From Gemmatimonadota bacterium (GTDB lineage Bacteria > Gemmatimonadota > Gemmatimonadetes > Palauibacterales > Palauibacteraceae), in assembly GCA_963666735.1 (NCBI GenBank), contig OY762926.1, positions 3,744,001 through 3,808,000 of the forward strand: a DNA stretch of 64,000 nt, written 5' to 3'. Made by a program: the position numbers and the translations under genes. Under the pieces are notes generated by a model. It saw only the letters and a program-made list of their open reading frames with translations. It was not told the DNA's origin and ran no database searches. Positions 47,138-56,115 of this stretch are shown here, in pieces (the first letter of the stretch is position 1; each line of letters begins with the position of its first letter).

Positions 47138-47797
47138 ATGGAAGAGACCGGCATTCGGCTCACAGCGAACGATCAGTTCAAGCGGGCGAGCACCAACTGG
47201 ACACAGATCGGCCTGATGGCGGCCGTCATGCTCCACTTCGGGCTGTTCGTGATCGTACAACCGTTCGAAGCGGCGGACCTCGGCGTCGTCGCCGATGAAA
47301 TCGAGGCCGTGGCGTTGCCGCCCGAAGTGAAGATCCCGCCGCCGCCGGAACAGATCGCCCGTCCGGCCACCCCGCGGGTCGCATCGGTCGACATCTCCGA
47401 GGACATCACGATCGCGGAAACGACGTTCGAGTCGTTCACGACGGAGAACGCCCTGCCCCCGCCTCCCGAGACCGGGAGTCCGGCGGACCGGCCGTCCTTC
47501 ATCGCGTACGACACGCCTCCCGTGATGCTGAACCAGGGTGAGGTTCAGCAGATTCTGGAGCGGGAATACCCGCGCACGCTGAAGGATGCCAGCATCGGCG
47601 GTCGCGTCGAACTCTGGCTCTACGTGACCGAGGCCGGAGCGGTCGGGAACTTCGAGGTGAAGACCTCCTCCGGGAACCCCCTGCTCGACGAGGCCTCGGG
47701 GAGAGTCGTGCAGCAGATGAGGTTCACGCCTGCGAAGAGCCGCGACAAGGTCACGGCGGTCTGGGTCTCCCAGTGGGTGACGTTCCAGGTGATCTAG
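47138..47797 (+). CDS. tonB: Energy transducer TonB
   Basis: TM with His, Pro-rich linker, YP...GRV...SSG..LLD...FTPA TonB_C. Confidence 0.92.
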   Translation: MEETGIRLTANDQFKRASTNWTQIGLMAAVMLHFGLFVIVQPFEAADLGVVADEIEAVALPPEVKIPPPPEQIARPATPRVASVDISEDITIAETTFESFTTENALPPPPETGSPADRPSFIAYDTPPVMLNQGEVQQILEREYPRTLKDASIGGRVELWLYVTEAGAVGNFEVKTSSGNPLLDEASGRVVQQMRFTPAKSRDKVTAVWVSQWVTFQVI

Positions 47798-47847
47798 ATT
47801 ACGGAGACACCACACTGGCCGTCCCGCAGTTTCTGAAGCAACGGCAA

Positions 47848-47889
47848 GCGCCCGGCGACGCCAAAGCGACGCCGGGCGCCTGTTTTTTT
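47848..47889 (+). terminator. Intrinsic terminator after tonB
   Basis: GCGCCCGGCG...CGCCGGGCGC then TGTTTTTTT. Confidence 0.8.
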
Positions 47890-47974
47890 CCGGGTCCGAC
47901 GGGCGCCGCCGGAACCCCGCCGGACCCCGGCGAATGGCTCGCATCGCCGGGCGCGGGCCCGTAGACTGTGCCGC

Positions 47975-48673
47975 GTGACGAAAGATCAGGTCGAGGCCCG
48001 GCTGGCCATGGTGACAGAGCGCATCGAGGCTGCCGCGAGGCGGGCCGGGCGGCGCGCGAGCGAGGTCGAGGTCCTCCCCGTGACGAAGGGACATCCCGCC
48101 CGGGGGATCGAGATCGTGAAGGCGCTCGGCGTGGACCGGATCGGCGAGAACCGGGTGCCGGAAGCCGAAGGCAAGCGGTCGGAACTGGGACTGACGCCCG
48201 GCGTCGCGTGGCACCTGATCGGCCGGCTGCAGCGCAACAAGGCGCGACGTGCGGTCCGGTTGTTCGATGTCGTCGAATCCGTGGACAGCGTACGGCTCGC
48301 CGGCACGCTGAGCCGCATCGTCGAGGAGGAGCGGCGTGCACCGGTCGAGGCGCTCGTGCAGGTGAACACGTCGGGAGAGGCGGCGAAGGCCGGCTTGGGC
48401 CCGGATGTGGCGCTCGACGCCGTGGCCGAGATCTGCGAACTGCCCGGTCTGCGCGTGGCCGGGCTGATGATGATGGCGCCCTTTACGGTGGACGAAACCG
48501 TGGTCCGGCCCGCGTTTCGGCGCGCCGCGCGGCTGCTGGAGCGCTGCCGGGCGGAGATTCCGGCCTTCGAGGGCCGGGCGCTCTCGATGGGGATGAGCAA
48601 CGATTTCGAGATCGCGATCGAGGAGGGGAGCACGCGGGTGCGGCTCGGCACGGTGCTGCTGGGGGAGAGATGA
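47975..48673 (+). CDS. yggS: YggS PLP-homeostasis protein
   Basis: VTK, GENRV, WHLIGRLQRNK, LSMGMSNDF, GSTRVRLG. Confidence 0.95.
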   Translation: MTKDQVEARLAMVTERIEAAARRAGRRASEVEVLPVTKGHPARGIEIVKALGVDRIGENRVPEAEGKRSELGLTPGVAWHLIGRLQRNKARRAVRLFDVVESVDSVRLAGTLSRIVEEERRAPVEALVQVNTSGEAAKAGLGPDVALDAVAEICELPGLRVAGLMMMAPFTVDETVVRPAFRRAARLLERCRAEIPAFEGRALSMGMSNDFEIAIEEGSTRVRLGTVLLGER

Positions 48674-49356
48674 TCGGCCTGACACCGCTTGACGTCCGCA
48701 AGAAGAGGGACGACTTCAGGCGTTCCGTGCGCGGCTACGACGCGCAGCAGGTCGATGCGTTTCTGGCGGTCGTGGCGGACAGCCTCGAACGCCACGTGCG
48801 CGAGCACGTCGTGCTCAGCGAACGGCTCGAGCAGCAAGAGCAGCAGCTCGAGAGCTACAGGGCCCGCGAGAAGGCCCTCAACGAAGCGCTCCTGGCGGCA
48901 CAGGAGTTGCGCGAGGAGGCTCGCCGCCAGTCCGAGCGCGATGCGGCCGTGCGGGTCCGGGAGGCCGAAATGCGCGTGGGCGCCGTTCTCGCCGACGCCG
49001 AGCGAGCCGTCCGCCTCTGCCACGAGAAGGTCGACGATCTGAAGGCGACCCGGAGCCGGTTCCTCGCCTCGCTGCGGAAACTGTTCGAGCGCTTCGACGA
49101 ATACCTCGACTTCGAGGATGAACGGTTCGGGGACGGATCGAGCGACCTCGACCGGTTCGGCGAGCGGCTGCGGGAGCTGCGAGAAACGAGCGAAGGCTCC
49201 GATCCGGTCGAAACGGCCGGGGACGGGGCCCGCGAGGTGGCCGCCGCCGAGCCTGTGGCTCCGGTGGCTCCGGCGGCTCCGGCGTCCAATACCGAGCCCC
49301 CGCCTCCATCGATTAGCCGGGTCGACGTCGGCGGTTCGGGCGCCGCGTCGACCTGA
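48670..49356 (+). CDS. divIVA: DivIVA-domain protein
   Basis: LTPLDVRKK..FRRSVRGYD..QVD plus coiled coil; ATGA overlap. Confidence 0.9.
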   Translation: MIGLTPLDVRKKRDDFRRSVRGYDAQQVDAFLAVVADSLERHVREHVVLSERLEQQEQQLESYRAREKALNEALLAAQELREEARRQSERDAAVRVREAEMRVGAVLADAERAVRLCHEKVDDLKATRSRFLASLRKLFERFDEYLDFEDERFGDGSSDLDRFGERLRELRETSEGSDPVETAGDGAREVAAAEPVAPVAPAAPASNTEPPPPSISRVDVGGSGAAST

Positions 49357-49435
49357 CCGCAGCACCCCGCTGCGTACGCCCGCCGTTCCGACGACCGCGT
49401 CGACCATCCAGGAAATAACCAGACGGAGTACCTCC

Positions 49436-52400
49436 ATGGCCTACCGGCCAATACCGGAGTCCGTACGCGGACTCGAAGCCGAAATCCTCGCACGCTGGGA
49501 GGAAGAGACGACGTTCGAGCGCAGCCTTGCGGCCCGAGCGGATGCGCCGGACTTCGTGTTCTACGAGGGGCCGCCGACCGCGAACGCCGCGCCCGGCGTC
49601 CATCACATCCTTGCCCGCACGATCAAGGACGCGGTGGCGCGATACCGCACCATGTCCGGTTCCCACGTGCCGCGGAAGGCGGGCTGGGACACGCACGGGC
49701 TGCCGGTGGAACTCGAGGTCGAGCGTTCGCTCGGCATCTCCGGCAAGCCGGACATCGAGGGCTACGGGATCCGAAGGTTCAACGACAAGTGCCGGAACAA
49801 CGTGTTCCGCTACCAGGATGCCTGGGAGCGGCTGTCCCGGGACATCGGCTACTGGCTGGACTACGGCGACCCGTACGTCACGTACTCGCCGGAGTTCATC
49901 GAGTCGGGCTGGTGGGCGCTGTCGGAGATCGAGAAACGCGGCTTGCTGTACCGGGGATACCGCGTCATCCCGACGTGCCCGCGCTGCGGCACCGGACTCT
50001 CGAGCCACGAGGTCGCGCAGGGCTACCGGGACGTGACCGAGCCCGCGGTCTACATGAAGTTCCATCTTGAGGACGACCCGGACGGCGCGCGTATCCTGAG
50101 CTGGACCACGACCCCCTGGACGCTTCCGGGCAACCTCGGCCTCGCCGTGGGCCCGGACATCCCCTATGCCCGCGTACGCGTCCTGCCCGAGGGCGAGAGC
50201 GACGGCGGGGGCGAGGACGGCGGCGCCACCCCCGCGCGGGCGCACGACGGGCCCGGCGGGGCTTCGCCCGGCGAGGTGCTCATCCTGGCCCGCGACCGCA
50301 TCTCCGAGGTGCTGCGGCACCCGCATGAGATCATCGGGGAAGTGAGCGCCGGCGATCTCGCCGGGCGGCGCTACCGCCCGCTCTTCGAGGGAGCGGTGGA
50401 CCGCGCCGGCTCCGATACCGCGTGGACGGTGCTCGAGGCGGACTTCGTCACGGTCGACGAAGGGACGGGCGTCGTGCACACCGCGGTGATGTACGGCGAA
50501 GACGACTTTCGGCTGGGCGAGGCCGCGGGGCTGCCGATGCAGCACACGGTCGGCGAAGACGGGCGTTTTCTCGACACCGTGCCGGGCGGACTCGCCGGCA
50601 TGCACGTGAAGGATCGAGAGACCGAACGCGCGCTCCGCGACTGGGCCGTCGCGCACGACCAGTTGTACCTGCGCGAGATGTATGAACACAGCTATCCCCA
50701 CTGTTGGCGCTGCGACAGCCCGCTTCTCTACATGGCGCGCGATTCCTGGTACATCCGGACGACCGCCGTGAAGTCGCGCCTGCTGGAGCACAACGCGTCC
50801 ATCGACTGGCACCCGCCCGAGACGGGGTCCGGCCGCATGGGCGAGTGGCTGCAGAACAACGTCGACTGGGCGCTCTCGCGCGAGCGGTACTGGGGAACCC
50901 CCCTCCCGATCTGGCTCTGCTCCGAGGACGACGCACACCGGGAGGTGCTCGGATCCTTCGCGGAACTGGGTCGCCGGGTCGGCGGCCTCCCGGAGGACTT
51001 CGATCCCCACCGGCCGGGGATCGACGCATACGAGTGGAACTGCGGCGCCGAGGCGTGCGGCGGCACGATGCGCCGCGTGCCCGAAGTCGCCGACGCGTGG
51101 TTCGACTCGGGCTCGATGCCCTACGCCCAGTGGCACTATCCGTTCGAGAACCGGGACACCTTCGAGCGCTACTTCCCGGCCGACTACATCGCCGAGGGCG
51201 TCGACCAGACTCGCGGCTGGTTCTATTCGCTCCTCGCGCTGTCCACCATCCTCTTCGACCGCGCACCCTTCCGGGCCGTCGTCGTCAACGACCAGGTGCT
51301 CGACGCGAAGGGACGGAAGATGTCCAAGTCGCGGGGCAATGCCGTGGATCCGCGCGACGCGCTCGACACCTACGGGGCCGACGTCACGCGCTTCTATTTC
51401 CTCTCCGGGTCCAACCCCTGGGTGCCGAAGCGTTGGGACCCGTCGGCGCTGCGCGAGACCGACCGCAAGCTGTTCGCCACGCTCCGTCACACGTACCGCT
51501 TCTTCGCCCTCTACGCGAATGAGGAGGGGTGGTCCCACACCGCGTCCGCCGCGGCCCCCGTCTCCGACCGAAGCGACCTCGACCGCTGGGTGCTCGCGCG
51601 CCTCGACCGGGTCGTGGGGCGGGTGGGGGCGGCGCTGGAGTCGTTCGATCTCACCGCCGGCGCGCGCGCCATCCAGGAGTTCGTGCTCGACGATGTGTCG
51701 AACTGGTACGTGCGCCGGAGCCGCGACCGCTTCTGGGCGACGCAGCCGGGGACCGCGGCCGCGAGCGGCGATGCCTTCGCGACGCTGCACGAATGTCTCG
51801 CCACGACCGCGCGGCTGCTCGCCCCGTACGCCCCGTTCATGTCCGATTGGCTGTACCGGGCGCTCACGGACGACACATCCGTCCACCTGGCGGATTTCCC
51901 GGAGCCGAAGGGGCACTCGGAGCCCGAACTCGAACAGGCGATGGACGACGTTCGGCGCCTGGTCGCCCTGGGCCGGGCCGCGCGGGAAAAGGCGGGGGTC
52001 CGGATTCGGCAGCCGTTGCGCGCACTGCACGCGGTTCTGCCCGAGGGGCGGGCGCTCGCCGACCCCATGGCGGCGCTCGCGATGGAAGAACTCAACGTCA
52101 AGAAGGTTGTGTCGCTGGCGGACAGCGAAGATCTTACCCGGCTATACGCCAAGCCTCGGTTCGGGGCGCTGGGTCCGAAACACGGAGGGCGTACGCCGGC
52201 CGTCGCGGCCGGGATCGCGAATCTGGGCGGGGAGGCCCTGAGACGGCTCAGGGACGGGGAGCCGCTCGACATCGAGATCGGGGGCGAGCGGGTTCGGGTG
52301 ATGCCCGAAGACCTCGTGATTCAGGAGGAGACGCTCACCGATCTCGCCGTGGCGACGGGAGGCGGTTACCTCGCGGCCGTGGATACCGATATCGACGATG

Positions 52401-52690
52401 GGCTGCGCGCCGAAGGTTACGCGCGGGAGATCGTGAACCGCGTCCAGCGGCTGCGGCGCGATGCGGGGCTCGAGGTCGCCGACCGCATCCGTCTCGGCGT
52501 GGCGGGTCCGGAGGAGCTGGAACGGGCCGTGTCGACGCACAAGGATTACATCGCCGGCGAGACGCTGGCCGTGGAAGTGCGAACCGGGTCGGCCCCGCGG
52601 GGCGGCCTGAATACATCTGTGGTGAAGATCGACGACGTCGAGGTCCGCATCGGAATCGGCGGGGTCGGCGAACGCGCTTGCGAAGGATGA
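49436..52690 (+). CDS. ileS: Isoleucine--tRNA ligase, type 2 (IleRS2)
   Basis: EGPPTAN..GVHH, GWDTHGLP, WTTTPWTL, CWRC, HYPFEN, KMSKS, long C-terminus without zinc finger. Confidence 0.97.
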   Translation: MAYRPIPESVRGLEAEILARWEEETTFERSLAARADAPDFVFYEGPPTANAAPGVHHILARTIKDAVARYRTMSGSHVPRKAGWDTHGLPVELEVERSLGISGKPDIEGYGIRRFNDKCRNNVFRYQDAWERLSRDIGYWLDYGDPYVTYSPEFIESGWWALSEIEKRGLLYRGYRVIPTCPRCGTGLSSHEVAQGYRDVTEPAVYMKFHLEDDPDGARILSWTTTPWTLPGNLGLAVGPDIPYARVRVLPEGESDGGGEDGGATPARAHDGPGGASPGEVLILARDRISEVLRHPHEIIGEVSAGDLAGRRYRPLFEGAVDRAGSDTAWTVLEADFVTVDEGTGVVHTAVMYGEDDFRLGEAAGLPMQHTVGEDGRFLDTVPGGLAGMHVKDRETERALRDWAVAHDQLYLREMYEHSYPHCWRCDSPLLYMARDSWYIRTTAVKSRLLEHNASIDWHPPETGSGRMGEWLQNNVDWALSRERYWGTPLPIWLCSEDDAHREVLGSFAELGRRVGGLPEDFDPHRPGIDAYEWNCGAEACGGTMRRVPEVADAWFDSGSMPYAQWHYPFENRDTFERYFPADYIAEGVDQTRGWFYSLLALSTILFDRAPFRAVVVNDQVLDAKGRKMSKSRGNAVDPRDALDTYGADVTRFYFLSGSNPWVPKRWDPSALRETDRKLFATLRHTYRFFALYANEEGWSHTASAAAPVSDRSDLDRWVLARLDRVVGRVGAALESFDLTAGARAIQEFVLDDVSNWYVRRSRDRFWATQPGTAAASGDAFATLHECLATTARLLAPYAPFMSDWLYRALTDDTSVHLADFPEPKGHSEPELEQAMDDVRRLVALGRAAREKAGVRIRQPLRALHAVLPEGRALADPMAALAMEELNVKKVVSLADSEDLTRLYAKPRFGALGPKHGGRTPAVAAGIANLGGEALRRLRDGEPLDIEIGGERVRVMPEDLVIQEETLTDLAVATGGGYLAAVDTDIDDGLRAEGYAREIVNRVQRLRRDAGLEVADRIRLGVAGPEELERAVSTHKDYIAGETLAVEVRTGSAPRGGLNTSVVKIDDVEVRIGIGGVGERACEG

Positions 52691-53064
52691 ACGCGGAACA
52701 ACGGAAGCACATCGAGAAGAGGCTGCTGGAAGCCCGGTCGCGCGCGACGCGGGAACTGGGGCAGTACGACGACTCGTTCACGAGCTCCCTTCAGGGGGCG
52801 GACAACGACCTGGCCGCCTACAGCTTCCATATGGCGGACCAGGGGACGGACGCCATGGAGCGCGAGAAGGCCTTCCTGTTCGCGAGCAAGGAGGGTCGGC
52901 TGCTCTACCACATCGACGAGGCGCTGAGGCGGCTCTATCGGAACCCGGAGCAGTTCGGAAAGTGCGAGCACTGCGGCGAGGACGTCAGCTTCGAGCGACT
53001 CGACGCCCTCCCGCACGCGCGGCTCTGCATCCGGTGCAAGGAGAAGGAGGAGACGGGTGCCTGA
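52687..53064 (+). CDS. dksA: TraR/DksA C4-type zinc finger protein
   Basis: HMADQGTD, CEHC...RL.ALP...LCIRC. Confidence 0.9.
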   Translation: MNAEQRKHIEKRLLEARSRATRELGQYDDSFTSSLQGADNDLAAYSFHMADQGTDAMEREKAFLFASKEGRLLYHIDEALRRLYRNPEQFGKCEHCGEDVSFERLDALPHARLCIRCKEKEETGA

Positions 53065-53674
53065 AGCTTCCGAACGCGGGGATGGCGCCACCCCCGAACA
53101 CGAATCGCCCGCGTTGCCGGGCAGCGGGCCGCGCAACAGGCCGGTTGGCGGGCCGGGCAACGGCGATCTCACCGCCCGCCTCTGGCTGACGCTCATTCCG
53201 ATCGTGGTCATCCTCGCGCTGGACATCGCGACCAAGGCGTGGGTCATGAACACGTTCCAGATGTACGAGCAGACGCCGGTGATCGGCGACTTCTTCCGCT
53301 TCACCTACACGCACAACCGCGGCGCGGCGTTCGGGCTCGACATCGGCGAACATTCCCGGATCTTCTTCCTCATCCTCTCCCTGATCGCGCTCTGCGTGCT
53401 CGGCGCCATCTACCGCGGCACGCCGTCCTCGGATCGGCTTCGCATCCTCGCCATCTCGCTCGTCTCCGCCGGGGCGCTCGGCAACATCTGGGATCGCATC
53501 CGGCTGGAAGCGGGCGTCGTCGACTTCCTCGACTTCGGCATCGGTACGAGCCGTTTTCCCATCTTCAACATCGCGGACTCCGCCGTGACGGTCGGTGCGG
53601 TGCTGCTGCTGATCTCGTTCTGGCTCGAGGGCCGGCGCGAGAGAGAGATGGCGGCGGAGGCGACCCCCGAGTGA
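53057..53674 (+). CDS. lspA: Lipoprotein signal peptidase II
   Basis: LDIATK, NRGAAFG, GALGNIWDR, VVDFL, FNIADS. Confidence 0.95.
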   Translation: MPEASERGDGATPEHESPALPGSGPRNRPVGGPGNGDLTARLWLTLIPIVVILALDIATKAWVMNTFQMYEQTPVIGDFFRFTYTHNRGAAFGLDIGEHSRIFFLILSLIALCVLGAIYRGTPSSDRLRILAISLVSAGALGNIWDRIRLEAGVVDFLDFGIGTSRFPIFNIADSAVTVGAVLLLISFWLEGRREREMAAEATPE

Positions 53675-53675
53675 A

Positions 53676-54680
53676 GTGAGTCCGCCCGAGTCTGACGCGC
53701 GGGGGGATGCGAAGGGTGCGGGCGAACGGCGGCTCATCGAGATCCGCGAGGATGAGGACGCGGCCCGCGACCGGCTCGACCGCCTGTTGGCCGAACATCT
53801 CTCCCTGAGCCGGGCCCGCGTCGTTCAACTCATCGCCGAAGGCCGGGTGACCGTCGGTGGACAGGTCGTGCGGAAGCGGTATCGGCCACGGGCGGGAGAC
53901 CGGATCGAGGTCGCACTCCCTCCCCCGGTTTCCACCCGGCTGAAACCCGAAGACATCCCGGTAGAAATCCGATACGCGGACGAAGACCTCGCGGTGGTCG
54001 AGAAGCCGGCCGGGCTCGTCGTCCACCCCGCCCCCGGCCATCCGGCAGGGACGCTGGTGAACGCCCTCCTCTTCCACCTCGGCGGCCTGTCGAGCATCGG
54101 GGGGGACCGCCGGCCCGGGATCGTGCACCGGCTGGACAAGGACACGAGCGGGCTCATGCTCGTCGCGCGCCGGGACGAGGCGCATCGGGCGCTGTCCGCC
54201 GCGCTCCGGCGCCGTGAGATCGAGCGCGGGTACGTCGCCGCGGCCTGGGGACACCTCGACGAGGAGCGGTTCACGGTGGATCGCCCGATCGGACGCGACC
54301 CGCGCGACCGGAAGCGCATGGCCGTGCGCGAGCCCGGCCGGCCCGCGGTGACGCATTTCAAGCGCCTGGAGCGCTGGAACGCCGCGGAACTGCTCGCCGT
54401 GCGGCTCGCCACGGGGAGGACGCACCAGATTCGGGTGCACCTCCAGTCACTCGGACACCCGGTCGTCGGTGACCCCATCTACGGGCCGGACTGGGAACGC
54501 GGGTTCGGCGGCGCGGGCGGCCGCTGGGCCCAGGAGCTCCGGCGCCGGGCCGGGCGCCTCTTCCTGCACGCCGCGCACCTCGCCTTCGAGCACCCCGAGA
54601 CCGGCGAGGAGCTGTCCTTTGCCTCGTCGCTGCCTTCGCCGCTCCGGGAGGCTGCGGAATGGGCCCGGGCGAGCTCGTGA
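53676..54680 (+). CDS. rluD: RluA/RluD pseudouridine synthase with S4 domain
   Basis: KPAGLVVHP, HRLDKDTSG, TGRTHQIRVH, LHA. Confidence 0.94.
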   Translation: MSPPESDARGDAKGAGERRLIEIREDEDAARDRLDRLLAEHLSLSRARVVQLIAEGRVTVGGQVVRKRYRPRAGDRIEVALPPPVSTRLKPEDIPVEIRYADEDLAVVEKPAGLVVHPAPGHPAGTLVNALLFHLGGLSSIGGDRRPGIVHRLDKDTSGLMLVARRDEAHRALSAALRRREIERGYVAAAWGHLDEERFTVDRPIGRDPRDRKRMAVREPGRPAVTHFKRLERWNAAELLAVRLATGRTHQIRVHLQSLGHPVVGDPIYGPDWERGFGGAGGRWAQELRRRAGRLFLHAAHLAFEHPETGEELSFASSLPSPLREAAEWARASS

Positions 54681-54718
54681 GGCGCTCCCGGAGCGCCGGA
54701 TATGCGCCCCCGCAATGG

Positions 54719-54747
54719 TTGACGCATGTCGGAGGGGCGTCTAGCGT
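54719..54747 (+). promoter_or_regulatory. Sigma70 promoter, probably giving a leaderless mRNA
   Basis: TTGACG-N17-TAGCGT, 6 nt before ATG 54754. Confidence 0.7.
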
Positions 54748-54753
54748 CCCGGC

Positions 54754-54978
54754 ATGAATCAGGGAAGACGCGACCGGAGAAGGGGAGACGCCCCCGCCCG
54801 TGGCCTCCAGTTCGGAATGGCCAACTACGTGGCGTTCGGGCTCGGCCTCACGTCGATCGCCGCCGGGTACGTGCTGCTGGACCGGGGGTCCGTGACGGCC
54901 GCGCCGCTCCTGCTCATCCTGGGCTACGTGGTGTTCCTGCCCGCCGGACTGATCCTCGGCTGGCGTCGGCTCAACTAG
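54754..54978 (+). CDS. Small two-TM membrane protein (DUF3098-like)
   Basis: NYVAFGLG...GY...APLLLILGYVVFLP. Confidence 0.75.
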   Translation: MNQGRRDRRRGDAPARGLQFGMANYVAFGLGLTSIAAGYVLLDRGSVTAAPLLLILGYVVFLPAGLILGWRRLN

Positions 54979-55063
54979 CGACAGTTCCGCGGGCCTCGGC
55001 TCGGCTGGCGGAACCCGGCCCGTGGGGGCCCCGCCGCGAGACCGCGCGGATCGCCACGATTCG

Positions 55064-55138
55064 GGGCGAATAGCTCAGCCGGTTCAGAGCGCCTGCCTTA
55101 CAAGCAGGAGGTCGGGGGTTCGAATCCCTCTTCGCCCA
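55064..55138 (+). tRNA. tRNA-Val (anticodon TAC), CCA not encoded
   Basis: Acceptor GGGCGAA/TTCGCCC, D-arm TAGCTCAG, anticodon arm CCTGC-CT-TAC-AA-GCAGG, T-loop GTTCGAATC. Confidence 0.97.
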
Positions 55139-55151
55139 TTTGGTTACCGAT

Positions 55152-56081
55152 ATGTGGTTCCTGATCGGCACGCTCTCGCGCTGGGCGCTGTTCACGGGTC
55201 TCCTCGTCGCGGTGGGGGCCGTGGCCTTCAAGCTGGTCGTCCTCAGGCGTTACCCCGGGTTCGGGCCGGTCGAGGACGAAGCCGGCGGCGCGATGCCCGG
55301 GAGGCTGGCCGCGCGGATCGGAGGCCTCGCGGTGCTGCTCGCCGGGGCCGGCGCCCTCGGTCGCCTCGCCGCGGAAGTGAGCGTCTTTCGCGATCCGTTC
55401 GAGCCGCTGGGGGCCGAAATCCGTCTGCTCGTCACCGGGACCTCGTGGGGTCGGGCGTGGCTCGGCCAAGTCACCGCCGTCGCCCTCTCCGCGGCGGCTT
55501 TCCTCCTCGCCTCCGCGCGGGGTTCGCGGGCGGAATTCGGCTGGATCGTGGCCACGGCGGGGGTGGCCCTGCTTGCGTATACGCCGGCGTTGGCCGGGCA
55601 CGCGGCCGGCGCCGAACACTTCGTCACTCCGGCGATTGCCGCCGATGTCTTCCACATGGTGGCGGGAGGCGTGTGGCTGGGCACGCTCGCGGTGATGGCG
55701 GGAGTCCTGGTTCTGGGCCGGCGCGGGGGGGCTTCGATCTCGAAGCGCCGCATCGTCGACTGGATCTCGGCCTTTTCGCCGCTCGCGCTGGGCTCGGCGG
55801 CGATCATCGCGGCCACCGGACTCTTCGCGGCGTGGCTCCATCTCGGGACGGTTTCGGCGCTGTGGACCGACCCCTACGGCCGGACGCTGAGCCTGAAGCT
55901 CCTCGTCCTCCTCGGGATCGTGGCTTGCGGCGCGTACAACTGGCGGCGCGCTCCCGGCCGGGTCGCGGAAGCCGGAGGTCCGCCCCGTCTCCCGCGGACC
56001 GTCATCGTCGAGTTGAGCGCGGCGGGTCTGCTCCTCCTCGTTACGGCCGTCCTCGCCGGTACCACGCCCCCCGCCCATTGA
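55152..56081 (+). CDS. copD: CopD-family membrane protein
   Basis: About 8 TM helices; ALAGHA, HMVAGGVWLGTL, YGRTLSLK, VELS. Confidence 0.82.
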   Translation: MWFLIGTLSRWALFTGLLVAVGAVAFKLVVLRRYPGFGPVEDEAGGAMPGRLAARIGGLAVLLAGAGALGRLAAEVSVFRDPFEPLGAEIRLLVTGTSWGRAWLGQVTAVALSAAAFLLASARGSRAEFGWIVATAGVALLAYTPALAGHAAGAEHFVTPAIAADVFHMVAGGVWLGTLAVMAGVLVLGRRGGASISKRRIVDWISAFSPLALGSAAIIAATGLFAAWLHLGTVSALWTDPYGRTLSLKLLVLLGIVACGAYNWRRAPGRVAEAGGPPRLPRTVIVELSAAGLLLLVTAVLAGTTPPAH

Positions 56082-56115
56082 CGCTCACGGCACGCCTCCG
56101 CGCGAGCGCCGCACG

